A stretch of DNA of 19,643 bases from Oligoflexus sp. (GTDB lineage Bacteria > Bdellovibrionota_B > Oligoflexia > Oligoflexales > Oligoflexaceae). Positions 18,401 through 19,643 of this stretch are shown one piece after another. The stretch is taken from NCBI GenBank assembly GCA_041736305.1, contig JBGSTX010000176.1:1-19643 (forward strand), given 5' to 3'. Position 1 is the stretch's first letter, and each line of letters begins with the position of its first letter. Made by a program: the position numbers and the translations under genes. The notes under the pieces were generated by a model. It saw only the letters and a program-made list of their open reading frames with translations. It did not search any database and was not told the DNA's origin.

Positions 18401-18717
18401 AGATCAATATAGTCATAAGCACTGCGAATAACGGGATCAGCAGATTGCTCGAGCCAGGTGCTCCAAGCATCAAGAGGAGGTTGACAGCTGCAAACAAGCT
18501 TGCAGAGCAAGGCTACAAGGTAAATATTTTGTATCATAATTACACAAATAAGGGCCTTGATGATAAATTTTATAATGTGGTTCAGCCTGACCAGTTGACG
18601 ACTTTTAAAGAGCTAAAACGGATGGGTTTAGGAAAAGGGATCGGTTTTGAAGCTATTTCCCAATCTATTGACGATGAAGCTGTTAAAAGAATAAATAGGA
18701 TCCTAGGATCTGAGTGA
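15421..18717 (+). CDS. Large internal virion / ejection protein with Gly-rich membrane-inserting segments and a C-terminal radical-SAM-like cargo domain
   Basis: 1098 aa, ATGA-coupled to the previous gene. 'RGGLQGSFFGFPDELAG' and GxxxG-rich hydrophobic stretches lie near the N-terminus. Gly linker at 17563-17625. C-terminal SPL-like motifs from 18247. Confidence 0.8.
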   Translation: MRVTKNFQDFYDIDESDESVEGAFAKGYKPVITVTKDGAETYDLDASDTGSVRAAFDKGYFEVDALKNLDESRQEARRPSKARVALRGGLQGSFFGFPDELAGGTEAVMSLAGDEPFKEAYKRGRDEWRAEDKRAEAENPLLYKGAEFVGSAIVPLGAGAAAKTLGGAFLKGAGAGALQGTLAGVGTSEDETASGLAKDAALGGALGGVLGGPLGVTGSVIGRALTKGGRESLEAEARALQRGFSKPVDGAGYLEPLKRVREAFNEAGATEEFLGEFKNLIGKSKNNLISRMVEEGGSKDQIEGARSMLRKMSDDDFVKRMLLEDGPNEVKDWVTKNASATGGRFQPEHYASVLNDSASQRSEARRFSARERGAELLDPAKKAEDSFMPANMSKVRELTEKGAPEFGGDSEAVDRALWAIQGAYEDSQSLSSIPSGVGKRIRDVLNIIEKGKGPAHMKLKEGDYTGTIRSSDRFFRFQKAREHLDEGIDWEKITKGVRPMTSGEKVLAGLRDEFDTLLKEVPGKREADEVWQAAARIEKSVFDKSSYGGGIDKYKLAQLLSNSDQSQRFFDDLNSLKAWSEDPQFDSASREYAKNFVDEFTKAVDVAQRKRKIDAFDYKQGPSSAAIERLGNQVKDRDTIQTFIEAPATAVQGMDNFLDKYVPMAAGKSFKELGDKEKGAVVDLWTWFNKNAKEGRGITDESVINNYRKFLETRGGGGPDGGPGGGGGSGGGGGSNFSGAGMPPAIEKAFRGYLQSKGEGFVAEQMSRAMGMENGLDVFEPYKEEFREYLKKNHGFSENEAKIAAGLLPSNPLEIPGLRGIPSKRDMGDVYDFKKAKKALEAGEKPKALGKVGISKLDGTTEDLGLLDKIRARLDDGPEHKATHKWIDQVEKYGADEPYVGRDYSSVAALRRIKKSDPMQPIPVPVEKIGDLKGVLGKGVLKGESDPFGWLDTKYGVSKDLLAREKNNPLKIFTRSDLIAHDDYIANLNPEKHEINIVISTANNGISRLLEPGAPSIKRRLTAANKLAEQGYKVNILYHNYTNKGLDDKFYNVVQPDQLTTFKELKRMGLGKGIGFEAISQSIDDEAVKRINRILGSE

Positions 18718-18969
18718 AATCAAAAAGGTGACAAATTCAATCAAGATCAGAGCGCCTATCAAAGGCACGAAATAATACTCTACAGTCGATCGAAATTATT
18801 TTCTTTGATCCGATAGCTCAGCGTGTATTTCGTGCAGTATAGCGTTTTGCTCCACCATTAGTGCAAGAAAAGCAGTGTCAAGTTTTGAGTGTTCGTTTTT
18901 TTTCTTAATGACGTCTTGTATATCGAAGCGAGTCTGATCGCGTTTATAACATGAGGGATTTTTTATCAA
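18703..18969 (-). pseudogene. Antisense small gene (helical region plus C-terminal transmembrane helix) interrupted by an in-frame TAA
   Basis: Manual translation: MIKNPSCYKRDQTRFDIQDVIKKKNEHSKLDTAFLALMVEQNAILHEIHAELSDQRK*FRSTVEYYFVPLIGALILIEFVTFLISLRS*. Internal TAA at 18798-18796. No clear RBS. Confidence 0.45.
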
Positions 18970-19022
18970 TTATGTCATATTGCGAATATTTATCTGCGCG
19001 TAAGTCCCCGGAATGCCTTGCC

Positions 19023-19200
19023 TCCCAGCTCTTTGGTGATTTCATTCATATCCGAAAGGCTCTGCGTGCGTAGCCTGAAAGGGCTCAGAGGTTATGGTAA
19101 GGAAGCTGATCGAGCGTAAATAAGCCTCAGAGCTGAGGCAGCTCTTACCCTACTTTCGATGCTTTCCCAAAGCAAGAACGCAATAGAGCCCAGCCTGGGA
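19023..19200 (+). ncRNA. Candidate structured RNA or 5' leader of unknown family
   Basis: Several nested stems and two GAAA tetraloops found by eye (see findings). No ORF of 60 aa or more in this interval. Confidence 0.35.
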
Positions 19201-19253
19201 AGCTCTCAAATGCTCTTTTCCAAGCTAAAATGAAAGGAAGAGGTATACGAGCA

Positions 19254-19580
19254 ATGATTGTTCCCGCTGGCTTTGCGAGAGAGAACGGCTGCGAGTGTGG
19301 CATAAATCAGCAAAGGCTCGATCCGATTCCTGACACGATCCTAGGTCTGAATATCAAGGAGGCGTGTTGCATTCACGACTGGATGTATGGGCTAGGAAAC
19401 TCCGAATCGGATCGAAGTAAAGCTGACAAAGTGTTCCTCTGGAACCTTCTGTATCTCATCCAACTAGACAAAGATGCGAGCTGGAAAAAGACGATAGCGC
19501 GACGGGCCATGGCGTATCACTACTACGCTGGGCTAGTCCTGTTTGGCGGCGTGGTATACTGGAGAAAGCGTCTAACGTAG
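19254..19580 (+). CDS. Phospholipase A2-like / DUF1353-like phage protein
   Basis: 'NGC.CG', 'ACCIHDWMY' (C-x-x-HD-x-x-Y), 'ADKVFL' and 'YYAGLVLFGG..YW' match the prokaryotic PLA2-like pattern. RBS GAGGT (19240-19244) favours ATG 19254. Confidence 0.75.
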   Translation: MIVPAGFARENGCECGINQQRLDPIPDTILGLNIKEACCIHDWMYGLGNSESDRSKADKVFLWNLLYLIQLDKDASWKKTIARRAMAYHYYAGLVLFGGVVYWRKRLT

Positions 19581-19592
19581 GAGCTTGAAGAT

Positions 19593-19643
19593 ATGCAGCT
19601 ACCGGAGCCAGAAGTAATCGGTCTCTTTGCAACCTTTCTCGGG
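19593..19643 (+). CDS. Start of a probable membrane protein (holin candidate), truncated by the window end
   Basis: AGGAG at 19579-19583, ATG 19593, MQLPEPEVIGLFATFLG... begins a hydrophobic segment. Only 17 codons are visible. Confidence 0.35.
   Translation, partial: MQLPEPEVIGLFATFLG

Noticed and set aside
19104-19145. Hammerhead ribozyme core (CTGATCGAG)
   Set aside because: It does not match CUGANGA and there is no correctly placed GAAA after a stem II.

Overview
The window is the virion morphogenesis operon of a short-tailed (P22/T7-architecture) tailed phage or prophage. It is almost entirely on the + strand and uses the standard genetic code. Inferred gene order: 5'-truncated portal, scaffold, a 307-nt non-coding gap, major capsid protein, two small beta-rich accessory virion proteins, a fibre with a C-terminal S74 intramolecular chaperone, two small proteins, head-tail adaptor, nozzle (tail tubular B-like), a small tail protein, four internal virion/ejection proteins, an intergenic region, a phospholipase-A2-like protein and the start of a possible membrane (holin-like) gene. 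All product calls rest on motif recognition and synteny, not database searches. The most unusual signals are: (1) five covarying hairpins with an invariant GA-UAC/AU-UC internal loop, arranged as A-B pairs spaced exactly 34 nt apart, directly upstream of the capsid gene; (2) a cysteine-free radical-SAM (SPL/Rv2578c-like) domain fused behind a Gly linker to the largest ejection protein; (3) an S74 self-cleaving domain on a helical ejection-type protein; (4) a stop-interrupted antisense membrane-protein ORF and a candidate ~180-nt structured RNA just downstream of the ejection genes.
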